NCBI GenBank assembly: GCA_951406725.2
Contig: OX597815.1
Span: 109,740,001 to 109,804,000 of the forward strand
Source of the DNA: Octopus vulgaris
Lineage: Eukaryota
Direction: 5' to 3'
DNA: 64,000 bases
This document shows, piece after piece, positions 1 through 14,936 of the stretch. Under the pieces are notes generated by a model. That model saw only the letters and a list, made by a program, of their open reading frames with translations, made no database searches and was not told where the DNA came from. Made by a program: the position numbers and the translations under genes. How positions within the stretch are numbered: the stretch's first letter is position 1; each line of letters opens with the position of its first letter.

Positions 1-356
<356 letters not shown>

Positions 357-912
357 TATATGCATATACAAACATAACATAAGTATATGCACACATACAC
401 ACATGTAGGTGTATACGTTTGTGAATGACAGTGAAAAAGAGGTTAAAGAGCTATAGAACTTACTAACATACCAATACAATTATGAAAACAAACAATCAGG
501 GTAACATGATCAGGTAAAGCAAATTTAAAGAAATACGACCAATACGAACAAATACACCTTCTCATATTCAACTTCATCTTACAAAGAACACCTTGAGATT
601 TATCAGAAGTGTCAAAAAGAAGCGATAAAGACCTTTCTATTTTTATATATTTGTCGATTTCTCTGCTTCACCTCTCCTAATCTTTATGCACTCACTTGAG
701 TGTCTCATTCGTTTTCCTATAAGTTTAAAAGATGTCATTGTTGAGCAAACAGTATGCAAAATTAGTTGAGAATATCACAATATATTCGTTACCAACATAA
801 TATCTCTACTCACAGACGTCATGTACAATGTAGATGACAAAAAAAAAGCTATAAACATTCGAATATAATGACATTTGTTTGACATAATAAAATGTGCATT
901 TTAGATATCTTG

Positions 913-934
913 ATAGATAGATAGACAGATAGAA

Positions 935-971
<37 letters not shown>

Positions 972-984
972 AATAGATAGATAA

Positions 985-1077
<93 letters not shown>
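913..1077. repeat. (GATA)/(GACA)n microsatellite
   Basis: Directly visible. Confidence 0.95.
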
Positions 1078-1236
1078 CTTATTTCTGAAGTACCCATATG
1101 TTTGTACATTTTGTTCATCCTTTCTATTGTTTTCCTAACATCATTCTTTTACAATTATATAAAAAATATCTAGATCCCATCATTTTGTTTTTCTATTTCT
1201 TATTTCAAAATTCCTCTTATTTTGCGTTTCCGCAAG

Positions 1237-1300
1237 GTTTTTGGCAACAATTGAGTTGGAGCCGAAGTTGGATGGTACAGAGTATGGACAAAGTGAATGA
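1237..1300 (+). CDS. possible short terminal coding exon of an upstream unidentified gene (…FLATIELEPKLDGTEYGQSE*)
   Basis: Pyrimidine tract plus AG (1235-1236) followed by a GC-richer, protein-like frame ending TGA 1298-1300; AATAAA at ~1365. No family recognised. Confidence 0.25.
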
Positions 1301-2365
1301 TGCCACTGAAAGAGAAATGTTTTCCTTAGATAAAGTATTGTAGCTTAGAATTTGTGTCTCAGAAAATAAATTGATGTTGCACTGTACACAATTGTTATTC
1401 ATTTCCGACATGTGAGATGTCAGAAGAGTTTAGTCACAGTACAATGTATATCTTTGTTCTGACTGAAGTCAATAGAGCTTTAGATAAAAACAACGCCTTA
1501 GTTATATTTGGTAACATCCATTATTTTCTCATCGCTGTTATTTCCCCCAACCAGTCCTAATCAAGCAAATATTTTGAGAAAGGATGCTGCAACCATGTAA
1601 GACAGACTGCATTGTTCAACTTGTTATTTACATTTTCAAGACAGTAGAGTATAATTGGAAAAAAATTTAGTTGCTGTTTCTGTCCGTTCGAATAATTGCA
1701 TTGCATTTCAGTTCTTCTTGCTTAAAAACAGTTCTGCCGTTTCAGAAAATACATAAATGCAGAGGTATTCCAATCTTGCAGACGCTTTTCTACTTGTAGC
1801 CTCTCTTGCACTACATTACAAAAGGTGCCATTATTGAAAACAGTTTGTTGGGATCTGTAAATTCTAGCTGATCAAACAGCTACGTGCATGCTTCTTCCTT
1901 GGTACTAAATATAAATGCTATGTTATAGTATGCGTTGGTCGCTAGACCTCTTTTTGCTTTAACAGATCAGTGACCGCTTAGAAACTAATCGTTTTTCATC
2001 TTGCTATGTTAAATTATGACAACGTGTGGGAAATTCTGGAAGAAAAAGCGTGTTTAAATTACATATTATTGATAGTGTTGTTTCTTTGTGATACTGTGTT
2101 ACAGAGTGTATACAATACTATATCCATAGACAGATGTCAAGATTTTGTTTTCACGAAACGCTATATCATTGCAGATAGAAACAGAGGGGTTAACCAGTTT
2201 AGTTTTGATCCTGTGCTGCTATTTCATCAGCGAACCAGTGTCCTCTTTAACTGTCAAATAAGCATTCTTCTTATAAATTGACTGTTAGTAAAGGCTTAAC
2301 TATACCGCGCTGATAACACACACACACACATGCACAAACACACACACACACATATATATACAAAC

Positions 2366-2430
<65 letters not shown>

Positions 2431-3524
2431 ACATATTGCTTCAAAACAATATCTCTATAAATTATATTTTTAACCAACACAAGTTTTATACAAAAAGAGG
2501 TAAATACGTTGTTTCTCTATACAATATCTCCCTGGTTAGAAAACGAGGGCGTAGCCGGTCAAATCCTGTGTTGGGATTTCATTAAAAATAAAATTTACAG
2601 ATATATTCTGTCGAACAACATAGTTCAATAAATATATGAAAATTTAATTACACGTGAGAATCGTTAGCATGTCGGACAAAATTCTTAGCTGTATTTCCTC
2701 CACCTTTTTATGTTCTGAGCCCAAATTCCGACAAAGGTCAAAATTGCTTTTCATCCCTTAGGGTCGATAAAATACAATAAAGTGGTAGTCGAGTAGTGGA
2801 GCTGGCATACTCGGCTTGTCTCCTCCCTTGAAAAAAAATACCTGGTCTTTCCGTTCAGGAAACGTTGTTAGCTTGGAAATCTAGAGACCAGTGTTCTGAG
2901 ACCTAGGGATACAGAAAAATAGTTTTCTTTATCTGTTGCTGGTTGTAGTTATACTAACTATAATAATTTAGTTCCGCTTAATTGCTCTTGGCCACAGTCA
3001 ATCCTAATTCACGCCTAAAATAACTTATGCATCATAAATTGATTGGTTTCTCCCCATACAAAATCTAATTCTGTCTAAATAAAGAACTTAAGCTACTTAA
3101 GGCATGAACAATGACGTCATCATCGCAACTTTCTCTTTTTCTTTCTTACTTTTTAGCATTTTCTCTTTTATTAAGCTGCATTAATATATCCATAATATAT
3201 TACGTATAGCTCCACCTACTCATTTATTATACAAGACACTCCTCAAACTTACATAATTAACTTGATGCTTATTGTGCGACCGACGCTGCATTAATTTTAA
3301 ATGAATTAAGCCTTTGAATGACAGCCACTGTCATTACAGACGTCATAATCAGCACAAGCTCTAACATCACTGCAAACATCATAATCATCGTCGTCGTCAT
3401 TGTCAATGTCCCTCCCTCCCACTTCCTCACCTCCTCCTGCTTCTCATCATCAGCATCATCGTCTGCCTTATCCTTATCATAATCTTCCCCATTACCATTG
3501 TGGTTGTTGTTGTTGTTGCTGTTG

Positions 3525-3567
<43 letters not shown>

Positions 3568-3775
3568 GGCAATGAGCTGGCAGAATTATTAGCACGCCGG
3601 GCGAAATGCTTAGTGGTATTTCGTCTGCCACTACGTTCTGAGTTCAAATTCAGCCGAGGTCGACATTGCATTTCATTCATTCGGGGTCGATAAATTAAGT
3701 ACCAGTTGCATACTGGGGTCGTTCTAATCGACTGGCCCCTCCCCCAAGATTCCGGACCTTGTGCCTAGAGTACAG

Positions 3776-3780
<5 letters not shown>
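3568..3780 (+). mobile_element. tRNA-derived SINE family A
   Basis: A-box-like GAGCTGG, B-box GTTCAAATTC, core CATTCGGGGTCGATAAATTAAGTACC; between (ATT)n tracts. Confidence 0.85.
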
Positions 3781-3808
<28 letters not shown>

Positions 3809-4121
3809 GAATGAGAGAGCAGCGTATGTCATCAAAGTGACACTGGGCTAAAAAATATATGAAGCCCAATATACCCATCATGACTACCTGTCTTATAAGG
3901 GTAGACAAGGCACATGCTTCACAACCATATGTACGCGGCAAGGTGACCTTATATCAAGATAAACAGCGCATGACCTTGCAGGTGGGACCCAGTTAAAATG
4001 TTCTTCAGGTTGAAAAGCCCGTCCTGCTCAAAAGGTCCCTGAATAAGGTTTCTTTGAGGCTGATGAACAAAACACGAATGTTTCCAGAGGTGAATTATTC
4101 AAATCCCAAAGAATTCCTCTC
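3809..4121 (-). mobile_element. family C partial copy
   Basis: Matches 20874-21185; follows the (ATT)n tail of a SINE. Confidence 0.8.
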
Positions 4122-4495
4122 GGAGTGCCCTATTTCATCCCATTTTGATTTCATCTGTTGTTCGAACCCCCTTCTACAGGGTTCACTTCCGATCCAGCAC
4201 TCAAAGTTCGCTTGGCCTCCTTATCCCACCATTTTCTCTGCTTCTGACTGAGTATAAGCAGTCTCTGGATGACTACCAGGTACCTACCGGGCAAAAGGCC
4301 CCCACCGTTTGCTCCAGCCTCTTACACGCCATTATTCGAGACACTTGTATTGGACATTTTCATTCTATATTGAGGTTTGTGTTTTAAAGTTAACCACCAA
4401 CCGGTATTTTTATCGAGACATCATTTCTATTAAGTTTGTCAACCAAGACTGCAGAGTTTTTCTACCATAAGTTGGGATTATTCCCATTCTCATGT
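4122..4495 (-). mobile_element. R4/Dong-like 5' region/ORF N-terminus fragment
   Basis: Minus strand with one frameshift: RKWWDKEAKRTL/ECWIGSEPCRRGFEQQMKSKWDEIG, resembling (from recall) the R4-clade N-terminal W..E.N…C..SEP..RGY..RM…W motif. Confidence 0.45.
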
Positions 4496-4809
4496 GTTAT
4501 CATCATCATCATCATCATCATCAGATGTTTGAAGAGTTAAGTTCTAAACCGCCTTTGTAGCATAACATAAGAACTCCGTTCAGATCGAGTACATTATGTT
4601 GGCATATTAAATCGCCCCAGTTTTTGACTGGCATTATACTATATTTCATCGGTTCAGGAAGGAAGGAAAGACTATCTTGTCTGTGGTTGTTTTTGAACTT
4701 AGACGGTAAAGGGTCGTAATGAAATAACGCAAGTTTTTGCTCTATGGTCAGCGGATTCTACCAGCATACTTGATTTACATATGTATATAAGTGTATATGT
4801 GATCATACC

Positions 4810-5015
4810 CATTTCTTTACTACCCACAAGGGGCTAAAAACAGAGAGGTCAAACAAGGACAGACAAACGGATTAAGTCGATTATATCGATCCCAGTGCGT
4901 AGCTGGTACTTTTTTAATCGACCCCGAAAGGATGAAAGGCAAAGTCGACTTCGGCGGAATTTGAACTCAGAACGTAACGGCAGACGAAATACGGCTACAC
5001 ATTTCGCTCGGCGTA
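4810..5015 (-). mobile_element. SINE family A (long-tail variant)
   Basis: Reverse complement of 46670-46860. Confidence 0.8.
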
Positions 5016-5165
5016 CTAACTGGGGGTCGATTCGTTCAGTTACCATTCTTCAAGGCGTTGTCTCAGTATGGCCGCAGTCTAATCACTGATCATACCTACA
5101 GTCTGTATTTACATGTATATATGTATATATATACATATATGTGTGTGTGTGTGTGTTCATGTATA

Positions 5166-5225
<60 letters not shown>

Positions 5226-5227
5226 TA

Positions 5228-5830
5228 GGCGCAGACGTCGCTGTGTGGTAAGAAGCTTGCTTTCCACCCACATGGCCTTGGGTTCAGTACCACTACATGA
5301 CACTTTGGGCAAATGTATCCTACTATAGCCTCTGGTCGACCAAATACTTGTGGGTGCATTTGTATATATATCTATGTATGTGTGCCTTTGTCTGTGTTTG
5401 ACCCCCTCCCCCACCACGGCTTGACAACCGTTGTTGGTGTGTTTATGTCGCGTAAATTGGCGGTTTGGCAAACGGGACGGATAAAAAATAAGTACTGTGG
5501 TCGATTCATTCGACTAAAAATTCAAGATGCACGTCGCGTGTGTTCGTGTGTGTGTGTGCGTATGTGTGTGTGCGCGCGTGTGCGTGCGTGTGTCTGTCTG
5601 TCTGTCTGCTTGTCTGCGTGTGCGCGCTCGCCTATGTTTGCTCCCTCTCCCCCACGCTTGACAACCGGTGTTGGTGTGTCCTTGTAACCTAGCGGTTAGG
5701 CAAAAAGAGACCAATAAAAACAGGACCAGGCTTCAAAAGTAAGTTCAGCTACCATTCTTCAAGGCGGTGTCTCGGTATGGCCACAGTCTAATCACTGAAA
5801 CAAGTAAAAGGATAAAAAAAATAAAAGAAT
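5228..5830 (+). mobile_element. SINE family B, rearranged with internal duplication
   Basis: Head GGCGCAGACGTCGCTGTGTGGTAAG; GCTTGACAACCG segment and tail each repeated. Confidence 0.75.
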
Positions 5831-6328
5831 GTGTGAACAGCTATCAAAGATCACAATCTTTTTTTTTTTTTTGTGGTGTTGGAAAGAGGTTTATCTTTAA
5901 GTGATAATATGTAAATCAAACCGAAGTGATGATATATAAATTGCAAACAGGCACGGTTCACAAAAACGAAGAAAAAATAAAAGCAAGTAGTCTATGGAAA
6001 GCTATCATCGACTCTTGCATAATCATAGTAACACTATTCTTATCAACTGATAGTTACTCCTGATAAAGTCAACGTATCGACTATGCACAGATTTCCACAA
6101 CACACATGGTGGCCAATTTACTTTATTTATAGTCAATAATAACCCGGTAACATTTGTATATCCTGGTGTGAAGCATTTACTCATAGTTGCAATATCAATT
6201 AAGATGATACGATATTTTTGTTATCTTCTGGTAAGTCAAAAGTCTCACAGACTGAGAACTTCGGGCCTCTACAGTCATGCATACATACATACATACTTGC
6301 ATGCATACCTACTTATATGCATACATAC

Positions 6329-6390
<62 letters not shown>

Positions 6391-7039
6391 CATACATATA
6401 TACGTAATGCATACATACGTACATGCATGCATATATACTACGTACGTGTATACATACATACATGCAAACATCCATACATCTTTGCACACCTCCGGACATA
6501 CATAGATGTGAGTAGATACATATGAAACAAAAATACAAAACGGGCGTCCATCCGAAAGGAGAAAAATATACATTCTGAGACACCACGTGTAACCTTTTCT
6601 TTCACTTTCCACTGCCAAAAGCAAACTACCTCCACTCATTCACTCCAGCACTCTCCACTCTTCTAATAATAAACACCAGCTTGTTGTTTTCTTTCAATCA
6701 ACAGCCCGGCCACAAAGGTGAATCAGACAACGTCTCTATCCTAAAAATAAAAATAACACCAACTACATCTCGTTATAATTTTCATGTGGTTAACTTCTTA
6801 TGCATATTTAAGGTTTTAGCGATAGCTGTCTTGATACAAGATTGAAGACATTCAGTGCAGGAGCAGCATTCAAAATAACTGTGACATGCACCGAATGTCA
6901 AGTGCTTTCATATAAGATTTATTTAGGAACTGAAACATGGAATACAACATGAGATAACCTGTCTACAAAGATTTAAAGTAATATGCATGTATATGCAAAG
7001 AATATGCACGATACACCCTACCTTCGATTCAACATCGCA

Positions 7040-7072
<33 letters not shown>

Positions 7073-10000
7073 ATACACACACATACACAAATACACACAC
7101 ACACACATAATTTACGTACATACACCCATATGTAAGTGTGAATCTGTGTATAAGCGTGCATGTATGACTGTGTACATATGTGCTTCTCTCTTCTTGCAAG
7201 TATGCATACATAGTTGTGTGTGTATGTAGATAAGCATGATCATAATATATAATTATATACATGTGTACCCATATCTTTTCATTATTCAGATGGAGGAAAA
7301 GAGGCGTTACCAATGACCTATGCAGGTTCTCCTAGAATGGAACACACACACACATACACACATACACGAACTCTGACACACACAAATAACTATGTATATG
7401 CACAAATACCTATACATGTGCGTGTGCGGGTGTGTATGTGTGTGTTCTTGATTGTCGTCTATTCTTCGTTCCATGTTTCTCAAGAGTGGAACGCACACAC
7501 GCTCTCCCTCTTCTCTCCCTCTCTCTCTCTCACTCTCTCTCTCCCTCTCTCAAACGCACACACACACACACATACATAAATGCACAAAGAAATACACACG
7601 AATACACGCACAAACGTGTGTGTGTTTTTCAATTTTTGCGTTTCTTTGAACTTTTCCTACAAAGAAAGGATCGGTTTCTAACTAAACACCAGAACCTTAC
7701 ATCACTGGAATTAAATTAAAAGCACCAGAGGCACATGGTGAATCTTGCATACTTTCAATATTCGCCTGACACCTTGAATTTGCAGAATATATGTTCGATG
7801 CTTATACTTACTTGGCTTGAAAACCCAAGATTTATCAGGATATTACAACAACACTTAACAACAAACACCGAAGAATATAGTACAAATGTAAAACTATAAT
7901 CTGGTATAACCCTAGAAAAAGAAAAAGCAAAATAGATAAGAAAAAGGAATAGGAATTTTAGGTATGAAGGGTGTTAAATATCAAGTTTCGTATCCCATAA
8001 TTTTGGGACGAAATGCTCCCATCGATTGGTCAACTGTTCTGTGCAATATTACATTCGTTTACTTCTGTTCCAAATATTTTTATTACAAAACATGCGTTTG
8101 ATTTTAGTGGAATGCTTAATGAAAATGCTCCACCAATATTTTATGTGAATATCTGTAAGTTAAGAAATATTTTGTGCCTAAATGTAAATATGCTGGTATA
8201 TATTTAAGTATATAGAAAAATATATAGAGACAGAAAAAGTAAAAGCGATGGATAGACATACAAGTACAGAGAACGATAGATAAATGATAAAAGCAGATAG
8301 ACATTGGCATCTATATACGTAAAACAAACGAATCCGAAAACATAAATGATTGCCTGTGTCGAAACATCCTAACATACAAAGTATGGTACCGACGGATACA
8401 AAATTTTGAAAAGTGAGATGTGTTATATTGCTTCTGGAAGGACCAGAACTGTCGACGAAGTATTCGGCTCGAAATGTAACAATCTTCAATTGAACAATTC
8501 TTCTGTGCGAAATAAGTTACTCCACTTCATATTTAGTGGATTTTATGGTTATAAATACTTATCCATATTTCATACATACAGTTGTGCGTTTCACATACGT
8601 GTATTTGTAGGTATGTATGTTTGTATGTAAGCATGTATGCATATATTGCAGATATATGCATGTAAGTATATTTCCTTACATGAATTTATATATATATAAA
8701 TATATACAGTCACACATATATATTGTGTGCGCGCGAGTGTGAGTGAAAGAGCATGATCTAGTGCTTAGAACTGTGTTTTCTGGAACAAGTTCATTCATTC
8801 CTTATAGTTGCGTTCATAGCAGTGATTCTAAAGGCTAGGTGTAGTGCCAATGTCCTATTTTCCCCTATAGAAATCTTACTAGAACAGTCCGAGTTGCCCA
8901 ATAGTCTTCAACTTACATGAATATGTCTAAAGGTTGTACAGTGTTAACTGAAATGAAAATCTTTTATTTATGCTATCCTTATGATTTCTTTGTTAGAATA
9001 TGTTATTGAAAATGTGTTCGGAAAGCTAGAAAAATATCCAGTCGACCATTTTTAAAGATGGGTCTGTGTGATTTAATGGAGATATTTTTGCAACTAAAAC
9101 AGGTCGAGCGGCCGCTTTGAGGCCCCTTCATTTAACTTATATGATTCTCTTTTAATACAAAATTCATTCTCAGTTTGACAGAATTCACAATTCAACTAAG
9201 TAAACGAAAATAACATCGACAAATTCTTTAAGTGTTAGTTAGATACCGTTCTTTCACGAATGGCAATGATTTTAAAGTCTATAATAAGCGCACTTGAAAC
9301 GGTGTAACTCGATAACAATGATAATGACAGCAGGAAATTTTATTGGGAGATAAATTATTTTATTCGTTAAGATATTCACCATTCGTCGTTCAACAATTTC
9401 AAGATCGAAGTTTGTGTGAATCCAAAAGCTGCATATTTCTAATAGCATTTTCTAATTTTACAGAATGTAAAGTTTAATTGTATACAAATTAAAAATTTTC
9501 TCTCGGTTTGATATTTTTTTAAACATAGGCATAAATCCAGATAATACAAGGGAAAGAACGATGGGTTAAATGATGGATTATATTGGCGTCAGTATTAATC
9601 AACCAATGAAAGATATTTTCCGAAAAGACAGGCAACTTTAGATGGTACTGAAGAGCAAAGAAACATATCAGCATAGAAGTCTAATAGAAGTTGGCATAAA
9701 TGAGCTTTATGTACATGGAAAACCTGATAGAATATGATTGGAGAAAAAGCTTCATCCATATATAAGAGATCGGTTAGAAATATTTTTCGTATAGGTAAAA
9801 AGTGGATAGTATTCATAGGTAAGCACGTCTGGTGGGAGGATTTTTTTTTTTGCCAAAATTACTAACTTAAATATCGATAAAATATAGGTTAAGTATTCAA
9901 TCGAGACATCCCCCACTTCAATTGGCGTTGTATTATATTAAAAGGAATGATACTACTTGTATGTGTATGGATGGAAATAACAGTATTTGGAATAAACACT

Positions 10001-10621
10001 GACATTAAATACTCAGGTATATAGAGATACACGCTAATGTATATATGGGTATGTATATATGCACATACGCAGGTACATGTACGTGGGCATATATATATAT
10101 ATATGCGAGTATGATTTTTTTCTCTCTCTAACACATGCATACATACATACATACATACAAATACAGGTACATAGAAAGAGAGAGAGAGGGAGAGGGAGAG
10201 AGCAAAATAGGATCTTGTCATAATAGCGTAGAATTAAGTGGAGTGGAGCAGTGTGGAAGTAGAATGGAGTTTAATAAAAGTTAAGAATGTCGTAGCAATC
10301 AAACAATGTTAGCTTGTACTAATTTTGGACCAATGTACTGAAGCAGTGATCGGTGCCGCTGGCATTACCTGTAATTTACATTCCAGGACACAAAACATTT
10401 AGATATACTTAAACAAAGACAATTGGCGAAAAACTCGTGCGGATATTCACTCACTTTTATAGGCTTGTTTTCAATCACCAACCCATACCCTAGCACATGC
10501 TTTCGACACATCGTCTCCTGTATCTTCCACACTATTTTCATGTGTACCTCACTCCCTCTTTTCTGTACTTCTTAGGTTTTTTTTAATATTCCTCTCCACT
10601 TAATCGCTTAGTGTGTGTGTA

Positions 10622-10669
<48 letters not shown>

Positions 10670-10796
10670 CCAAACGCATTGAGAAAGTATTCTTTTATGC
10701 CTAAAACGCAACAGACCCACGAAGTAGCAGCACACACACCTTGTGTATGTGTGTTCGATTTTGCTTATCTCTCTCTCTCTCTCTCTCTCTCTTACT

Positions 10797-10848
<52 letters not shown>

Positions 10849-10899
10849 ATATATATGTATGTATGTGTGCATGTGTGTGTGTATGTATATATGTATATA

Positions 10900-10964
<65 letters not shown>

Positions 10965-11029
10965 GTATATACATAATATATAGAGATATATAATACATAC
11001 ACACACACACATAAATATATATATATTCG

Positions 11030-11530
11030 TTTATCGTTTCAGTCATGCAGCTGCGGTCAGCTGGAGCACCACCGTGCTTTGCACCGTTACTTACCATTAT
11101 CTTATAGCAGATTTCCTTTTGGTGGGGTGAGAGTTTCACATCATCACTTCTGTATGAGCCTTTGTCCTAGTTGTTGGCCCATTTGGTGTATGGAGAAAGT
11201 TTGACTCCCCTGCCCTCGTCTGAACCTCATGCCGGGTCGTTGGTTCATACGATATTGTGGAGAATCGTCTAGTTCTTTTTTGAAGATGTCTACGTTCACA
11301 TTATGTAGGTTCCTTACTTTTTGTGGCAGGGCATTGAAGAGCTGCGGGGTTTTCAACCCTTAGCTATTGCAGTACCTGCCCCTAATTTTAGACGGAGTGG
11401 ATGGTATCTTTGGTACAATACAATAGCATCTAGTTCTTGCATTTGTATAACACTCAATGCCGAAATTAAGTACTAGCCCTGCTAGGGTTTTCTATATGTA
11501 GATTATTACATATCTGTCGTGCCTTCGTTC
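11030..11530 (-). mobile_element. 3' fragment of a related CR1/L2-group LINE
   Basis: PQLFNALP..VRNLH.V.VD.FKKELD; ends GGTGGTGCTCCAGCTGACCGCAGC..TGACTGAAAC. Confidence 0.75.
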
Positions 11531-12029
11531 CAGGGAGTAAACTCGTAGTTCACACGCACACACAAACACATACACACGTGTGTATGCATGTATGCATGTA
11601 TGCATGTATGTATGTATGTGTTTTTGTGTGTAATTATGATGGATGTATATTTTTTTTAAAACAAAGTATACACATTTACGCACGCTGATCACTTGGGATC
11701 AATTTCATCGATGAGTATTACTGTTGTTCTTCCAACAGAAGCAAATTCACATTGAATAACAGAATATATTACGGGATCTAAAAGACTTGTATCCTTAAAT
11801 TAACAGGATCTTCAAAACGAATCATCGTAATACAGAGTGTACCAGGGACGAGTGTTTTGAATTATACATATAATCCATACCATCTGCATCCACATAGTTT
11901 CCATTTACTCAGTTTTAAAATGCTTGGACTGCCCTCAGTTTTGGTAGGATAAATATTCCCAAACTGTCAACTGTGGGATTGGACGTAGGATGTGATTCAA
12001 GTGAAATTAACTCTACATATATATAGATA

Positions 12030-12543
12030 CTAGCAGTATCGCCCGGCGTTGCTCGGGTTTGTAAGGGAAATAACTATATAAGCATTTTTAGAGAGTTACT
12101 TCCCTTATAGATGCCAATTCGGGCTTTCTTAGCCATTTCTGTTTTGGTGTCTTCAAGCCATGAAGTCGTTGTTCTAAAAGAACGCTGGTCTCCTTGACAA
12201 CGCTTTACGACGTTGATTTCCTTACACTCCCTTCCCCACAGCTTCACGAGGGAGGGATGAAGGGAGAGAAGCAACACAGGTGCAGGTGTGACCATGGACG
12301 CCAACTCCGCCGCCATCGACACACGAAAAAATATGCATTAAAATGGAATAAAAAATTATGTTAAATTATTTTTTAAATCGTAGACTCATCGTAGACGCGC
12401 GCTAATACCCAGACGGGCTTGATATGAATCACGACTATAAGATACCCGAATTTGGTTAAACTGCACCGCAAAATGTGGGAGTAGTTAGGAATCTAAATCG
12501 AAGGGGACAGACACTCACACAACTACAGTTTTATATATATAGA
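12030..12543 (-). mobile_element. non-autonomous Helitron
   Basis: Minus strand begins A|TCTATATATATAAAA and ends with hairpin CCCGAGCAACGCCGGG plus CGATACTGCTAG|T; A-T target, no TSD. Confidence 0.85.
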
Positions 12544-13610
12544 TATCCATTTGCGCTGGTGCACAGAGTAGAATAATTGATTTAACCCAAGTCAGCGAAA
12601 AAGAATTTTTGCGACCGTATAAAAATGAAATGTATCATGCCATCCTACATCTACATAATATTTAGAACGTATATAAAATATGGATCCTACAAGATGTTTT
12701 ATGATGACTGTCCATATATATAGTATCAAGCAGTCGTATCGAAACTAAAACGCCTTACCCAACAGGTTTGTCTCATGCGCTGTCGTGGTTCAGCTTTTAG
12801 AATCGATATTTATTTCTCTTATTCTGTATAACTAAGTCTGAGTTTTTTTTTTGATTTTACGTTACTCACAATCTATATGAGATGAGATTTTGCCGTGGAA
12901 GCCAATTTTCTCCCTTCTTTGATTATGTTCGAGTGAGTGCTTTGCTGCCCATATACCACTCCTATGTTAGGACGCATGAGTTTTTCTTGGATGATTGTGA
13001 TTCTCACCTTGTCGTTAGTATTGATGTTTTATGATCCATTTCATTACGAATGTATGCAGTTGTTTTAACTGTTGATAGTTTAAAATCCATCTTCCTATTC
13101 GTATATTCCGGTGTATTATACTGTTGGGTGTATAATTTAACCATTAATTTCGCTCTAAACAGCCTGCTTTGTTCGTTCAACATGGAGTCAACCATCACGA
13201 CTGATTGTACAATTCAGGTGCATAAATTGGATTCACCTACAAGAGCTTCTTCATTTCGACGATAATGGTCTCAGGTTGTATCACGTTGTTTGTGACATTA
13301 AAGAAAGCCAGTTTTCCAAAAAATTCCAAACATTTCCAATTCGCCAACGATGTGTTTATAAGAGCGAGTATGTCTGTTTGTGTGCGTAGAATAAGTTTTA
13401 TATAAAATATCCATAAGCACGTACATAAACATACCAATGCATATAATCGTATGTATATGATTTAAGAGAACATATGTCTGTGCGTATGCGTGTGTGTGTG
13501 TGTGTGTGTGCGTGAATTGTGAGTGTGTATGTGTGTGTGTAGACGTGTAACATTTAAAAAATAAGCAGTACTGTCGTTAAATATTTTAAAATAACGATCT
13601 TTAACGCTTA

Positions 13611-14095
13611 CCGTAAATCCTCGAGTATAGTCCGCCCTTGAGTATAATACGCAGGGGATTTTTAGGGGGCTCTACCTCTGAAAAAACCTGAACATTGTGT
13701 ATAATACGCACCCCTTCTCTAACTTGGCTCAAGGAGGTCTATATAACGTCCTTGGTTTGTAAAAATGTATACGATAACGTCCTTTATTATCATTGTATAT
13801 ATAACATCTTGTTTGCAGAAAATAAAGAAATAACAGTAATAACGTTTAATAAATGTTGCTTATTGCAAGTTATGGATGATTCTTTTATGACTTCATTGCT
13901 TTTAGGCTTAGCTTAAGGTATTTTCGCGCCCGACATCACAAAATGCATCTGAATAAACATTGCCGGACAGCAAATAGAGAATCGGACATTGCTAAGAAAA
14001 TATTTTTCATTTTTAACCTCGTATATAGTACGCACTAGGGATTTTGACCTTTATATTTTGGGGAAAAAATGCGGATTATACTCGAGGATTTACCG
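13611..14095. mobile_element. Tc1/mariner-pogo-type MITE
   Basis: TIRs CCGTAAATCCTCGAGTATAGTCCGC / GCGGATTATACTCGAGGATTTACCG with TA on both sides. Confidence 0.85.
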
Positions 14096-14359
14096 TATTT
14101 GAAAAAGAAAAGTTAATAGATTGGTCGATATTCTTAGAGTTTCAAGATTATAACATCAAGAGGAAGAAAATAATGTTTCACAGTTCAAATTTTTAACATC
14201 CGCATATTACAAAAATGGGCATCAAACATCGCAACCACTTTTATCGAAAATGGAATGGTGAAAATCTACAAGTATTAATGGAAGCGTGTGTGTGCATGCG
14301 TAAGCGTGTGTTTGCGTGCATCAGAGCTGTGTTTGTATGTGCGTATAACGAAACAAAAT

Positions 14360-14760
14360 AATCCCTTCTATTATAGAAAGGCTTGTGCCGATAGTAGAAA
14401 TTTTATGGAAGTGGACTGGGAAATTATATCAACTTCAGTATTTTATTAAACCTGAATGGATGAAAGGAAAAGTTGGTCATCTAAACATTTCGTCTTGCAT
14501 GCTCACGATTCTACCAGTTCGCCGCCTTGATTTATAATAATCAATAATAATCCTTTCTGCTGTAAGCACAAGGCTTGAAATTTGGTGGAGTGGGGATAGT
14601 CGATTACATCGACCCCAGTATTTCAGTGTTACTTAATTTATCGACTCCGAAAAGATTAAAGGTTAAGTCAATCTCATCGGAATTTGAACTCACATAGCGA
14701 CGGGCGAAATACCGCTAAGATTTCGTCCAACGAGCTAACGATCTTGCCAGCTCGCTGACT
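14360..14760 (-). mobile_element. two tandem SINE family A copies
   Basis: Two GCCAGCTCGC-type head ends (~14525, ~14755) with cores. Confidence 0.7.
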
Positions 14761-14765
14761 TGATT

Positions 14766-14915
<150 letters not shown>

Positions 14916-14936
14916 AAGAAGAAGAAGAAGAATTAT

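Noticed and set aside
10490-10560. Minus-strand ..GATGTGTCGAAAGCATGTGC resembling the 53.5-kb motif
   Set aside because: No CUGANGA box present
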